NCBI GenBank assembly: GCA_951406725.2
Contig: OX597815.1
Coordinates: forward strand, 98,270,001 to 98,334,000
Source: Octopus vulgaris
Lineage: Eukaryota
Direction: 5' to 3'
Length of the DNA stretch: 64,000 bases
In this document: in pieces, positions 26,151-40,113 of the stretch
Position numbering within the stretch: the first letter of the stretch is position 1
Layout: every line of letters starts with the position of its first letter
Position numbers and translations under genes: made by a program
The notes under the pieces: generated by a model
Database searches by the model: none
What the model saw: the letters and a program-made list of their open reading frames with translations, nothing else
What the model was told of the DNA's origin: nothing

Positions 26151-26836
26151 GTATACACATTAACACACATACGTTGTTACATAATGATGCGTACAACTGC
26201 ATTAATCCGTAATGAATCTTTGTTAGCAGGCAGTTTTGTTTCTTATTCAGTAGACACAATCGGATACGTCTTGTCATTTATATACTGGCACAAACACATC
26301 AACACAAATATATTTTTCATATATATACACTTTTTCGTATTAAATTATTTCTACCCATTTCTTTCTACTCAGTGACATCATACGCGCACAGGCACAGACA
26401 TCGACCCACCAAACACACACACTTATACATGTGCATATGCACATATGCATAAATATCAGTGTATATGTATTTACGCATGTGAATATCTATATAGGTCGGC
26501 AAGCACTCTTATACACATATGCTTGAAAATTTATACACGTATATATAACATGAACAAACACATACCCTCAAACATCGACATACAATCACACATACACATC
26601 CTCATACACAAGCACATACACATACACACACACAAACAAACAAATATTTTCACGTGCATGTAAGCATACACGCATATAAAAATACACAGGTATACATAAA
26701 CTAGTATTTTTCCAGATAAAACATATATCAAATATAATACATTCATCCTCTTGATATTATGCATATTCTAAATACGCGAGGTTATTTGTTAATTGAGTTC
26801 TATTTTTTTTTCTTTTGCTTTCCCTTCCTTTTTCAG

Positions 26837-27091
26837 CAGTGATTCTCAATCATTTTTTCTCAATGGACCCTATGTGACTCTTCTTTTACTCGGATGGACC
26901 TTCTTAACCATTCGATTGTTTAAAAAATCCTTTTATATTTTTATAATGAAATATTATTAGGAATTGTATAAAAAAACATTAAAATATTCCGTTTATAGCA
27001 AAAGTATAACTAATTTATTGAACATAAACTTTAACAACGAAATCTTATAGGGACTCCGAAGAGTCCTGTAAACCCCGGTTGAAAACCACTG
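26837..27091. mobile_element. hAT (Charlie-like) MITE
   Basis: TIRs CAGTGATTCTCAA / TTGAAAACCACTG. Degenerate 8-bp flanks TTTTTCAG/CTTTATAG. Confidence 0.75.
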
Positions 27092-27380
27092 CTTTATAGG
27101 GAAATGGTATAAATGAGGCAATAACTATAAAGACACGACCAATAAATGCACGCCTCAATCCACCGTCCACTTTAATAACACAATGTGTTAAATGTGTTTC
27201 GCCGAGTCCACAATGTGGATGTCTTGCATGAGTCCAATATGTTGAAAGTATTCAAATTAGGTCTCCAGCTTCAGTAAAAATTCCTCCTTGATCTCACCAA
27301 TCAGGGAACTCATGACAGGTCACACGTAATATAGTTCCTGTCCTAAGCTCATAAGCAAACAAATGTGTAACCGTACAAGT

Positions 27381-27626
27381 CAGTGGTTGTCAACCATTTT
27401 TTAAAATTCATGGATCCCTTGAATTCTTGTTTTACTCGGATAGGTCTTCATAACCAGTCGATGTTTAAAAAATCCTATTAAATTTTTAAAAATTCAATAT
27501 TATTAGGAATTTTATTTAAAAATATTGAAATGTTTTGTGTATTGCAGAAGTCTAACTGCCGATTTTATTGCACGTAAATTTTAACTGCAAAATCTTATAT
27601 GAACATCCAATGTTCATATGGGCCCC
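27381..27626. mobile_element. Second copy of the hAT MITE, right TIR lost
   Basis: Starts CAGTGGTTGTCAACCA and is colinear with 26837-27091. Confidence 0.7.
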
Positions 27627-27919
27627 TGATGTATGCGCCATACCAGTCCTGATGCATATTGCATACCAATCCTACTGATGTTACAGAGTGGTTTTCAGGA
27701 TTTATTTCTTCTTGTGAATTTTTGTGAATAATGCAAACAGCAACATAACCTTTACAAGCCTTATGCAAACTTGTAAAACGGATGTGATTCATAATCGGCT
27801 TAAGTTTCTGCTGGGGAATACATGTACCGAAGAAATATTAGCAACATAGGAACTTGTACGCGGTCGCTCGAATTGCTAGAAATATTAAAAGAAACACCCT
27901 CTATTCTTATCCTTGTCTG

Positions 27920-27967
<48 letters not shown>

Positions 27968-28377
27968 CGTCTTCCACTGTCTCTGTCTGTCTGTCTCTCT
28001 CTCTCACTCTCTCTCTCACACACAAAAAGACAAGGACATCATCATCATCAACAACAACTACACCAAAAGTGACCACCATCGCAACAACAACAACAAGAAG
28101 TAACCACATCGAAAACATCCTAATCATCACTGAGCATAACAATAAAATAACTACTTCAAAAACAGCAACAACAACAACACTTGCAAAATCATTGAGGATG
28201 ACAAGTTGAAGTGCAGTAGGTAAACAGTTGAAAATAATGTCGGTGCGTAGAGCGTGAGATGAAAGAGTTTTGAGCAGTAAGAGTGATGGTGGAAGTGAAA
28301 GAGGGAAGAAACACCAGGTATATAGGATAGTGGTTATAGGACACCGATGATGGAATCATTATCACTAGGTTTATTAA

Positions 28378-28777
28378 GGCGGCGAGCTGGCACAACCGTT
28401 AGCACGCCAGGCGAAATGCGTAGCCGTATTTCGTCTGCCGTTACGTTCTGAGTTCAAATTCCGTCGAGGTCGACTTTGCCTTTCATCCTTTCGGGGTCGA
28501 TAAATTAAGTACCAGTTACGCAGTGGGGTCGATGTAATCGACTTAATCCGATTGTCTGCCCTTGTTTGTCCCCTCTGTGTTTAGCCCCTTGTGGGTAGTA
28601 ATGAAATAGGTATTTCGTCTGCCGTTACGTTGTGAGTTAAAATTCCGCCGAGGTCGACTTTGCATTTCATCCTTTCGGGTTGATAAATTAAGTACCAGTT
28701 GCGTACTGGGATCCATCTAATTGACTGACCCCCTCCCCCGAAATTTCGGGTATTGTGCCTACCGTGGAAAATATTAT
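28378..28777 (+). mobile_element. Compound SINE family B (full copy plus partial copy with the alternative tail)
   Basis: The first unit ends CCCTTGTGGGTAGTAATGAAATA. The body restarts at GGTATTTCGTCTGCCG and ends in the AAATTTCGGG...TGTGCCT tail. Confidence 0.85.
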
Positions 28778-29357
28778 CTGTAGGTTTATCTCATATAAGG
28801 ACGTGATGTAATATATTATGTGTAATAACAGCCATATCTTTGATACAATAGCAGTGACCCAAAATTCCATTCTTCAATTACGCCTAAACAAGTGTCTCTA
28901 TGTAGAAATATATAAATATATTTTTCTCGACTGTTTCTTTTTTGTGGGGACGGGAGCCTTTGAAGTATTACTCTAAACTACACATCATTCCTGATACATA
29001 AAACACATATATACACATAAACATATATGTCTATGTATCTTATTTTTTACTTGTTTCAGTAATGAGATTGAGGCCATGCTGGGGTACTTTTCGGATGACT
29101 GTATATGTTTTCATTCATGTGCTTTAACTACAGCATTAGAGCGGTTTAGGCCTTATTTCTAGCAATGTTGGTATTTCGTAACACCCTAGTCACATTTAGA
29201 GACAATTATAATTCTCGCTTTTGGTAAAACATTGTAAACTGCTATTTATATTAATTTATATATATATGTGTGTGTGTGCGTATGTACACAGAGATAGATA
29301 CATACATAATACAAACATACATACATATATACATACTTACATTCATACATACATACA

Positions 29358-29389
<32 letters not shown>

Positions 29390-29424
29390 CATACATACAT
29401 ACATACATACATTTATACATATAG

Positions 29425-29861
29425 CGTGACAACCGATGCAGGCTTTGTGGAGTTTACACTGAAGATATCACCCACATCATAAGCAGTTGTCCGAATATGT
29501 CATCACGGTATTATCTACCGTTAAGAGATGACGTTGTAGCGAGGATACTCTATACTAAAATCCGTCGGAAGCATAATCCCGAGGAAACAGAAATATGAAC
29601 CCATAATATGATAGAACACATAGCCACTCATAATGAAGAGGAATACTGGTGGAATGTCCCATTAAAAACCCCAATATAATGTAAGTACAACAGGCCTGAT
29701 ATAATGATTGGGATAGAGAAGAGAAACTGTGCACAGTTGTGGAAATGAGATGCCCAGCAGATGTTAATATAAAGCTGAAGATCAGTGAAAAAGAGAACAC
29801 CTGTGCAGAACAATTGAGAAATCTGCAGCTACTGTATCCAGATTACAAGTTCAGGTTTATA
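29425..29861 (+). pseudogene. R4-like non-LTR retrotransposon fragment: CCHC knuckle and PD-(D/E)xK endonuclease
   Basis: RDNRCRLCGVYTEDITHIISSCPNMSSRYYLPLRDDVVA...EYWWNVPLKT..CKYNRPDIMI/DREEKLCTVVEMRCPADVNIKLKISEKENT..LQLLYPDYKFRFI, with 2 stops and 1 frameshift. Confidence 0.85.
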
Positions 29862-29971
29862 CATAAACATGTACACATAAATGTGTGCGTGTATATATAT
29901 ATATATATATGTATGTATATGTGCATATATATATATATATCTATATCTATATGTATGTGTGTGCATGTATA

Positions 29972-30016
<45 letters not shown>

Positions 30017-30114
30017 AACATATACATATATATATGTATATATGTATATGTATGTATATGTTTATATGTATATATATATATATGTGTATATCTATATCTA
30101 CTTATACGTATGTT

Positions 30115-30149
<35 letters not shown>

Positions 30150-30150
30150 T

Positions 30151-30375
30151 GATGTAGGTGTTTTCAAAACAAAACTGGATCTCTTCCTGTGGAGATTCTT
30201 AGATGAACCTACCTCGCGGCTGGAGGCGCAAATGAGGGCAGCAACATCAAACTCCCTCATTGACCAAATTCCACGTATCAGAGGAGGCTCTCAATAATAA
30301 CAGTGCAGCAAAACGGCGGTGCCTCAGTGTAGCCACAGCTTTGACCTGAAACCGATACAAAAAAAAATAAAGAAA
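30151..30375 (+). mobile_element. 3' end of a CR1/L2-group LINE
   Basis: [29 protein letters not shown] is an ORF2 C-terminal pattern, followed by a short 3' UTR and an A-rich tail. Confidence 0.7.
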
Positions 30376-30385
30376 TATATGTATA

Positions 30386-30548
30386 TTGCAGGAGTTGCTG
30401 TGTGTTAAGAAGCTTGTTTCGAAACCATATGGTTCCGCGTTCATTCCTAGTGCGTGGCATCTTGGGCAAGTGTCTTCTACTATAGGCTCGGGCTGACCAG
30501 TGCCCTGTGGTTGAAAGAAGACCGGGAAACTGAAAGAAGCATGTTGGG

Positions 30549-30611
<63 letters not shown>

Positions 30612-30850
30612 GTATGTATGTATATATGTATGTGTGTGTGTATTCGTGTCTCTGTGTTTGTCCCCACATCATCGCTTGACAACCGATCTTGGTGTGTTTG
30701 CGTCCCCGTAACGTAGCGATTCGGCAAAAGAGACCGATAGAATAAGTACTAGGCTTCCAAAGAATAAGTCCTGAGATTGATTTGTTAGACTGAAGTCGAT
30801 GCTCCAGCATGGCCGCTCTCAAATGACTGAAAGAAAAGAACAAAAGAACA
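30386..30850 (+). mobile_element. SINE family A, full length
   Basis: Colinear with 62822-63228. Confidence 0.85.
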
Positions 30851-30876
30851 GCAGATACATGAACATATGTATGTAC

Positions 30877-30919
<43 letters not shown>

Positions 30920-30934
30920 TGTGTGTGTGTCTAT

Positions 30935-31472
<538 letters not shown>

Positions 31473-31995
31473 TTATGTGTATGTGTGTGCATATATGTAT
31501 GCATTTTATTAGCGCACACAAATTGCAACCAGAAATAACACATGTATTCCGATGCACCTTTTCACTCTGTCAGTTGTGTGGATTGTAGATTCTTTTAATG
31601 GAGAACTCACCGGTCATCCGCGTCTTTATTTGCTGCTGATATCTCAATTAATATACTTTCTTTACACGCTACTCTTCTTTACTACTGGTTTGTAAAAATG
31701 CTTCGAGATCCCGCAATGAACTTGTCTTTTGTTAGATACTGCGTATCTTTCCCCTCATGTACAACGATATTTGTAAACAAAATTTGTTTTTTTCTAACAA
31801 ATCGGACGACCGCTGTGAGGTCTGATTGAACAGCATTTACGAGAGGACGTGACTTGACCGCTATTGATAAATAGTTTTTAACAAAAAGAAAAATATTACC
31901 AACTGGCGTGTGTTATCGATTCTTAACCCTTCACCTGTCCAAAGAATATTCGGTAGTTCCTCCTGAACATCCGTTTTGCTACTCTTCTTTCATAT

Positions 31996-32325
31996 GTGAA
32001 GGCGCATGACTCATTGCTTAGAGCGTCGGGCTCACAATTATGAGGTAGTGAGTTCGATTGCCGGACTGGGGTCTTTATTGTGTTTGTGTTCTTGAGCAAG
32101 GCATTTTATTTAATGTTGCTCCAGTTCACTCAGCTATAGAAAGCAGTTGCGACGTCACTGATGCCAAGCTGTATCGACGTTTTCCTTTCCCTTGGATAAC
32201 ATTGGTGGCGTGACATGATACGCATAGGCGACAAAACAACATCACCCTGACTTGTGCCTCGGAGAGGAACTTTCTAGGAGTATCCCATGGTAATTCATTA
32301 CCGAAGGGTGCCTTTACCCTTTACC
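31996..32325 (+). mobile_element. tRNA-derived SINE family C with 10-bp TSD
   Basis: tRNA-like head with GAGTTCGATTGCC, TTGAGCAAGGCA block, (CCTTTA)n tail. TCTTTCATAT at 31986-31995 and 32326-32335. Confidence 0.85.
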
Positions 32326-32839
32326 TCTTTCATATAATCTGATTAATATAACGCTTCAAGTGGTTGGGAAAAAATGGGAGGGTGTGTGCTATAAGGTACC
32401 TGCTATGTTCTGTGTGCCACATATTATACATAGGATAAGCAAAGGCTTAAGGAAGAAACACATCGGAAAAGAACTCTTAACCTTGCTTTAATAAAATAAC
32501 AATGTAATTCTCAATGAACTGTATTAAGATCTAATGATATATCGGATCGTCAAATATCAAAAATGATTAATCAATTATAATTAAATTGGTATTACACGAG
32601 GAAGAATAATAGAGTTAATGGGACGGAATAAAGCATGATTTTCAGACACTAAGCAAAGAAAGACATTTGAACTGGCCTCGATTGTCATCCACCCTCTGAT
32701 TTATATTGAACAAGATATAAACATTTCTATCATCAGAAGCCACTAGAGAGAGAGGCACAAAAAGAAAAAGAAAGAAACGTGTACTGCATTAGGTGAAGAT
32801 TATATGTAAATGCAACATAAAATTATGTATTTTTTGGTC

Positions 32840-33075
32840 CTTCTTGAGTCATAGACTCATAGAGTCAGTTTCCAAGTTTCTGAGGCATATATTTTCCATC
32901 ACTGGACGGGGTAGTAGTCCATCGCAGGAATACTCACTTTTGCCAGATTAGCAGACAGGAACAACGTCAAATGAAGTTTTTTGCTTAAGAAGAAAACACA
33001 TCGCCCGGTGCACAAACAGAAACCACAATCTTACGATCACAAGCCCAACAGCCTAAGATCTAAGCCACGTTCCCC
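32840..33075 (-). mobile_element. Diverged SINE family D
   Basis: AGTCCATCGCAGG is the reverse complement of CCTGCGATGGACT; tRNA-like end near 33070. Confidence 0.5.
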
Positions 33076-33261
33076 CATTACGTGTGTTTGTGTGCGGGTG
33101 CGTGCGTGCTTGCATGCTTGAGAACATATATACGAAATACAATTATAAAAATATGCGTGTGTTTATGTATGTATGTATGTATGTATGTATGTATGTATGT
33201 ATGTATGTATGTATGTATGTATGTATGTATGTATAGAATATACATGAATATATGTGCATAT

Positions 33262-33321
<60 letters not shown>

Positions 33322-33853
33322 GTATATATACATATACATATATATACATATATATATATATATATACGTACATGCATTCAAACATATACATATAAAAATG
33401 TATAAATGAATGTATATGTATGTTGTTATGTATATAATATATGTATGTGTGTGTGTGTGTGTGTGTGTGTGCTTGTGAGCCTATGCATCTACATATAACT
33501 ACATATTACTATATTTGCATGGGGTAAATACATTTATAGATTTCTGTGTTTACAAATACGTTTTAATGGTTTATATATATGGAGCTAGTCTGTACGTAAG
33601 AAACTGCGTGTTTACAGCAAATAGTATACTGCGTGCAAAATCAAAGGGAGCTCATAGGCCAGAAGCGATGTAAATACTATATCAATATTGGACGCTTCCA
33701 AACACTATCAAAAGAAAGAAAACATGTAAATTAGTACCTAAGGATCCTAACGTAAATTAGATCAGAGGAAACATAAATACAAACATAGACATACGTGTAT
33801 ACGAATACATATATACATACATATATGTATGCATATGTATATATATATATAGG

Positions 33854-33886
<33 letters not shown>

Positions 33887-33893
33887 TATATGC

Positions 33894-33925
<32 letters not shown>

Positions 33926-34820
33926 CATATATATATATGTATATATTTATACGTATACATATGTATATATTATATATATATATATTTATATGTATACATA
34001 TTACTATATATATGAATACATAGGTATATATATACATGTATATATATATATGTATATATATTATATATATATATATATGTATGTATACATGCATGTGTGT
34101 TTGTGTGTTTGTGTGTGTGTGTGTCTGTAAATGTATGCATGTATGCATTTATGATTGAACTTATTACCTGTAAACAAATTTGCCGCTTGTATGCACTCAC
34201 ATACGTAATTACCTAAGTACGGAAAAAACGTGTATGCAAAGGAGAAAACACACGTATGTATTTATGTATGCATGTATGTATGCATTTATGCATGTAAATC
34301 ATGTATGTATGAATATTATGTGCATTAGAAAAACGCTTCTGCATTTGAGAGGCTCAAAACATGCATGCATAGTGAAGTAATTTATATAAATTTGAAGAAA
34401 ACAAAAATATACATCATATATGAAAAAAGAACACGTATCTTTGTCTCTTTTCCTCTCTTTCCTCTTTTCCTCTTCTCGCTAAACACTCGCTCATATACCT
34501 ATGTAAATATGCATGCACATATATTCGTATGAGCGCCATGTTGGTGCTTGTAATAATATGTATGTCTATTGGGGGTATCAGTTTGTATGCGTGTGTATGC
34601 GGGTGTGTGCCAGTGTGATTGCATATCAGCTTTTTATGAGCGTGCGGTTGTGAGATTGTATGTAAAAAATTTTTCTGTATATATTTATGTATATAAGCAT
34701 GTATGGATGTATGAATATATATATATATACATTTGTGTGTGTGTATGTGTGTGTGTGTATGTGTGTGTATACATGCACTACACTTTGATCTTAGCCAAAG
34801 GCTGATATGTCAATGAATGC

Positions 34821-34854
<34 letters not shown>

Positions 34855-34917
34855 GCATGTAAATATATATATACATGGATATATATATATACATGTATAT
34901 ATATATACAAGTGTATG

Positions 34918-34961
<44 letters not shown>

Positions 34962-35641
34962 TCTATGTTTCTATGTAAAAGTGTATCTATATATTGAATG
35001 CATACAGATGTGAATGTATTTTTGTATTTACGCCCCTCTTTGTATGTGTGTGTTAGTGGGCGTGTTTATGAGTGTGTGTATGTGAAGTTAACAGTGATAT
35101 TTCGTCGTTCCGCTGGCAATCTCTGTTGATTCCTAACTTGCCGTTATCATGCTTGAAATTAATAATTTTTCCTACAGAAACAAACGTTATCATGTGAAGG
35201 AAGATTAAAAGAAAACTAACCACAACAGAAGCAATAACAGCATAAATAACAAAAACACCACCACCACCATCATCTTCATCATCATCAACAACAACAACAA
35301 CAAAAGTAACCATATCAAATGTAAAGCCAAAAAGAACAAAAACATATACTATATTAAAAGAATAAATATTAGGAATACCATCAAAAACAAATCCACGGAG
35401 AGGAAAACATCATCACAACAAGAAGAACACCAGCAACTGCAGCGACATTAATAACAACTTCTTCAATGACAATATCAATAAGAAAAAATGGTCATTTATA
35501 ATTATAAATATAATTCGATAAGAGTAATGTATGAGATACAAATCAATATTATGCACACACAAACACACACAGACTCACACACAGATACAAATACACTCAC
35601 ACAGGTATATATACATACATACAGGCATATATACATACAAG

Positions 35642-35712
<71 letters not shown>

Positions 35713-35714
35713 GC

Positions 35715-35749
<35 letters not shown>

Positions 35750-36596
35750 TAGATAGATAAGTAGATAGATATATCACCAAATGAACATATATGTGTATGC
35801 CTGTGTGCGCGCGGGAGAGAGAGTGTATACCGATCGTATCCGATCCTCTAACAACTCAGCCAAAAACAGGATATGATGACGTAATGAACAAGCACAGATG
35901 GCACAAATGTTGTATTGGCCAGTCTAAAGAGATACGACCATTTTTTTTCTTTTTACATAAATAGTATATGTTTAGGATATAGACAAGCAAAGTCTCAATG
36001 CTTAAAGAAATGGATAAGAAAAAGTGAATATATAAAAATGATAAAAACGATGTCCTATCATTTAGCTGGCTAATGAAAACTTCACAATAAAGTAAGTTAT
36101 GTTTAGAGACCAGTAAATGAAAATGATAACTATTCACCAAGGAATAAATCCTGATGGTTGTATACAGGACAAGCCTGAAATGGAGATAAAACTTTTCGCC
36201 AGATGAATGTAGTAGGGCGAAATTTGATCGAGAATTAAAAACATAAAACAATAATTTTAATCAATGTATTCTACAAATTTTTATTTCTTCTGCCGTTGAA
36301 AGATTGTAACATTTGAATTTACATATAAACACACACACACATACGCGTGCACGCACGCACACACACATACACACACACACACACACGCACTCACTCGCAC
36401 ATGCACACGCGCGCACGCACACACAACAGAGTGACACTTCTCTTCAAATAATACATATTTCATTTTCTAATTATTATTGAAACCTTACAAAGCGTTGATG
36501 AGGTCCACAACGTGAAGTTTTTCAGAAGTCTAGTGGTCACACCCAGAAAAAGTAAATTGGCTGATTGTCATAAAATCACCCATAGGTATTCTATTG

Positions 36597-36900
36597 CAGG
36601 GGTTCTCGACCAGGGTCCATATAAGATTTTTGGGCACCCACGCAGCAAAATAGTAAATTGGAGATTTACTATTTTTATAAATTATGTGTTCCTGAAAAAA
36701 AGACATTATATGTTCCTGAAAAGAAAAGACATGCGTATTGTAATTTATTGCAAAAAAAAATTAGATTTCTTTCTTTTTACATTTTACATAGTTCAACCTA
36801 TACAAAGGAAAGTGTGAAAAACAAAATGGGGGTTTTAAACGAAGTTTCTATTCAAGCAGTTGTTAAACATCGAATGACTATGGCTTGGGCACCATTACTA
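36597..36900. mobile_element. hAT MITE related to the 26837 family, opposite orientation, running towards the gap
   Basis: CAGGGGTTCTCGACCAGGGTCCATATAAGATTTT and TTAAACATCGAATG match the family in reverse. Confidence 0.55.
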
Positions 36901-36917
36901 CGCGCAATAGAGTAAGC

Positions 36918-37017
36918 NNNNNNNNNNNNNNNNNNNNNNNNNNNNNNNNNNNNNNNNNNNNNNNNNNNNNNNNNNNNNNNNNNNNNNNNNNNNNNNNNNN
37001 NNNNNNNNNNNNNNNNN
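36918..37017. other. Assembly gap (100 N)
   Basis: Run of N. Confidence 1.
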
Positions 37018-37211
37018 TATACGCAGAGAGAGGGAGAGAGAGAGAGAAGGGATGCTGAAACGTTCTTGGCTTGAAGGGTATCGCGAAAGACATGGTTTTA
37101 GGCTCAACCTTCCTAGTTCTTTTAAAGGGCTTAGAAAACTGAAGGACTGAAGTGATAAGTGTGTGAATCTGACAAGGAAATATGTTGAATAAAAGCATTA
37201 GCTGATCCTAT

Positions 37212-37244
<33 letters not shown>

Positions 37245-37625
37245 CACACATATCACACACACACTCACATATATACACATATAGATGTACACAAATATAT
37301 ATTTATGCACTCATACATATATACTTATAACACAAGAGACTTATACAATTAGTGCTCAGGTCGAACCAGTGCGTAATCTTCAAAGTTAAGTTCAGGGATA
37401 TGAGACTGCAGTGCTATAGGCACTGCATCTGAACTATTATGAACTTTAAACATTGCGGAGTGGCTCTTCCTGGTTTGTACATATATTTGTATTTCTCTTC
37501 AATATGTAATATATCAATGTTATAAATTGATTTGATGCCTGATTACTGCTTGTTTATGTCTTTATTTCGCGCAAGTGCGGGCGCGCACACTCACACACAC
37601 ATTTACGTACGTATGAATGTATATA

Positions 37626-38515
37626 CGCGGTCTGATCAATAAGTATCCGGAATGTTACTATAGTGACGAAGGTAAAGTCAGCAGAGTAAAGCTGCTTGGC
37701 ACAAATTGTCCTCGATCTCTGCTGTGAATGTTAACAAAGTTTTAACGTTTTAGCTCACTCCTGTTTACAGCAGTGCCAGTAAGTAACGTGTGTAACGTGT
37801 GATTCTCGCATTGACCATGACAGAAAAAGTTGTCATTGTGAACTTGCTCAGAGCCCTACGCAAAGTTGCAGAAAGTGTATGGAGAAGAGTGCATGAGTCG
37901 CACAGAAGTGTACAAGTGGTTCAGACGTTTCCAAGATGGTCGAAAAAGTGTCGATATTGACGAAAGTTTTGGGAGACCCGCAACCAGCAGAATTGAGAAA
38001 AACATCGCAGATGTGCGTGCAACTGTGGAGGAAATCATTGAATCACCATCCGTGAGTCATCAGAGGATGTGCAGATTAGTTACGCTTTAGTTCAGGCTAT
38101 TATCCCTGAAGATTTAGATATGAGACGTGTGTCTGCCAAGTTTGTGCCAAAACTGCTTTCAGCTGACCAAAAAGACACTCGGGTTTCAGTTGGACAAGAT
38201 CTCCTTGATTGTGTCGAGAACAATGAAAACTTTTTGAAAAGTTTGCGTAGGCCTCTGAGCAGATATCGCCAAGCTTTTGGCAAAATTTGATGCAGATTCT
38301 CTGATCAACTTTCCCTGTCATGGTCAATACGATGATCACACGTTACACACTTTACTTACAAGTACACCTGTAAACAGTGGAAGTGAGCTAGAACGTTAAA
38401 ACGTAGTGCGCTAACACAGCACAGTTCAAGGTCAAACTGTGCCACGAGGCTTTACTCTGCGTGCTTTAACGTCATTCCTATTGCAGCAGTCTGGATACTT
38501 ATTGATCAGACCACT
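37626..38515. mobile_element. Foldback mariner derivative made of two inverted 5' ends
   Basis: TIRs GGTCTGATCAATAAGTATCC / GGATACTTATTGATCAGACC, TA flanks. + strand KVYGEECMSRTEVYKWFRRF..GRP..RRVSAKFVPKLL; - strand MTGKVDQRICIKFCQKLG. No DDD domain. Confidence 0.9.
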
Positions 38516-38766
38516 ATGTATGTACTTATGTATGTGTGTGTGTGTTCGTGTATGTGTGTGTGTGCATGTGTGTGTTTTGCGCTTATATTTAAACGTGTCG
38601 TTTTCTTGTTGACGTATTTTCCTCACGATGGAAAAAATAGTACGAGTGTGGGAAACTAAAACTCCATATCTAACATATCAACGGCACTTAAATGAAGACC
38701 ACAGCAACGTAGGACATTTGAGAATGGTGAGCCGCTTCTGTTTACTCTACACAGAATAACACTTAC

Positions 38767-38844
38767 CATGGCGTTTCGTTGTCGGTTCAGTGTGCAATAT
38801 TCCGTCCGTCCGTCACAACGTAAAAATCTTTGTTTCGTTGTAAT
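38767..38844 (-). other. Candidate exon ending in the start codon (GCCATG|GTAAGT)
   Basis: Kozak-like GCCATG immediately followed by a consensus donor. CpG-rich unique sequence with a possible acceptor TGCTTAG| at 38845. Confidence 0.4.
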
Positions 38845-39185
38845 CTAAGCAAGCCCTAGACTTGCAGAGCATTTGGAAAAAAAGTGCATGAGTACCTGAG
38901 CTTCATGTTTGCTAAGGACGAGTGTTTGCACAACGCAAGTGCAACACTTTGAGTATCTGAATCACTTTATTCAGCTATACATATGAAGAGGCAAAATGTT
39001 TGACGACTTCAAACACTGTACATTCATACATGGATCCATATCCTCTTTACACTTATATGTGAATGCCCATTTACATGCAGATGTATTATAGCGACAATAT
39101 TAGTATTATGTAGATGATTAAAGCGACAGACACACTATTGTTTACATTCATACATACATACATACATACATACATACATACATGT

Positions 39186-39248
<63 letters not shown>

Positions 39249-39540
39249 AGCAATCATCAGATTTACAATTATTCCAATACATCTTCAGGTTTTTCTTCAA
39301 AATATTTATATATCTAATTTTACATCGCTTTAAAAAATAATCAATTAAATATTAAGCACAAAAGATTAAAAATTAAAAATTAAAGCTAAAAATTATACTT
39401 TGTAATATGAAGAATTAAAATTTATAAATTATGCATTATAAATATGAATTAGGATATATATATCAATCTTGTAAAGTCAAGTATCTAATGTCAAATACAA
39501 ATTGTAAGATATAAAATTATACTTCAGAATAAAAACGTGT

Positions 39541-39888
39541 TATTTACATTGGAGGAATATTTGTCCTCATATTGTTTCTTGTTAACACAACCTTTCGGCT
39601 GATATACCCTCCACCCCTAATTACGTGTTTTGGAGAAATTTCAAACCTGGGTTCTCATTTCTAAGGTATTTTTCGATTTTCTTATTCTTCTTTGTCTTCT
39701 TCTTCTTCTTCTTCTTCTTCTTCTTCTTCTTCTTCTTCTTCTTCTTCTTCTTCTTCTACTCCTACTTCTTCTTCCTCTTATTCTTCTTATTATTGTTGTT
39801 GCTGTTATTATTCAGGTCACTGCCTGGAATCGAACTCGGAATCTTGGGGTTAGTAGACCTGAATAATAAAAATAAAAATAACAATAAT

Positions 39889-39919
<31 letters not shown>

Positions 39920-40113
39920 GGAGGAGGAGGAGGAGGATTTTCATCGGAAAATACCTTAGGAATGAGAATCCAGGTTCGAAATTTCTCTTAGACACTTGAA
40001 GACTGGAGTGTATATCAGCCGAAACGTTCTGTTAAAAACAAACAAGTTGAGGACAAATATTTTTAAATGTAAATAATGTACATAATTCCTCATCTCTTAA
40101 ATATAGAACTGTA
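39541..40113. mobile_element. Inverted pair of a tRNA-headed element with a degenerate hammerhead motif
   Basis: 39541-39818 and 39856-40075 are inverted copies with different internal microsatellites. The loop carries B-box GAGTTCGATTCC (-). CAGCC-GAAA-CG-TT motif at 40016-40028. Confidence 0.75.
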
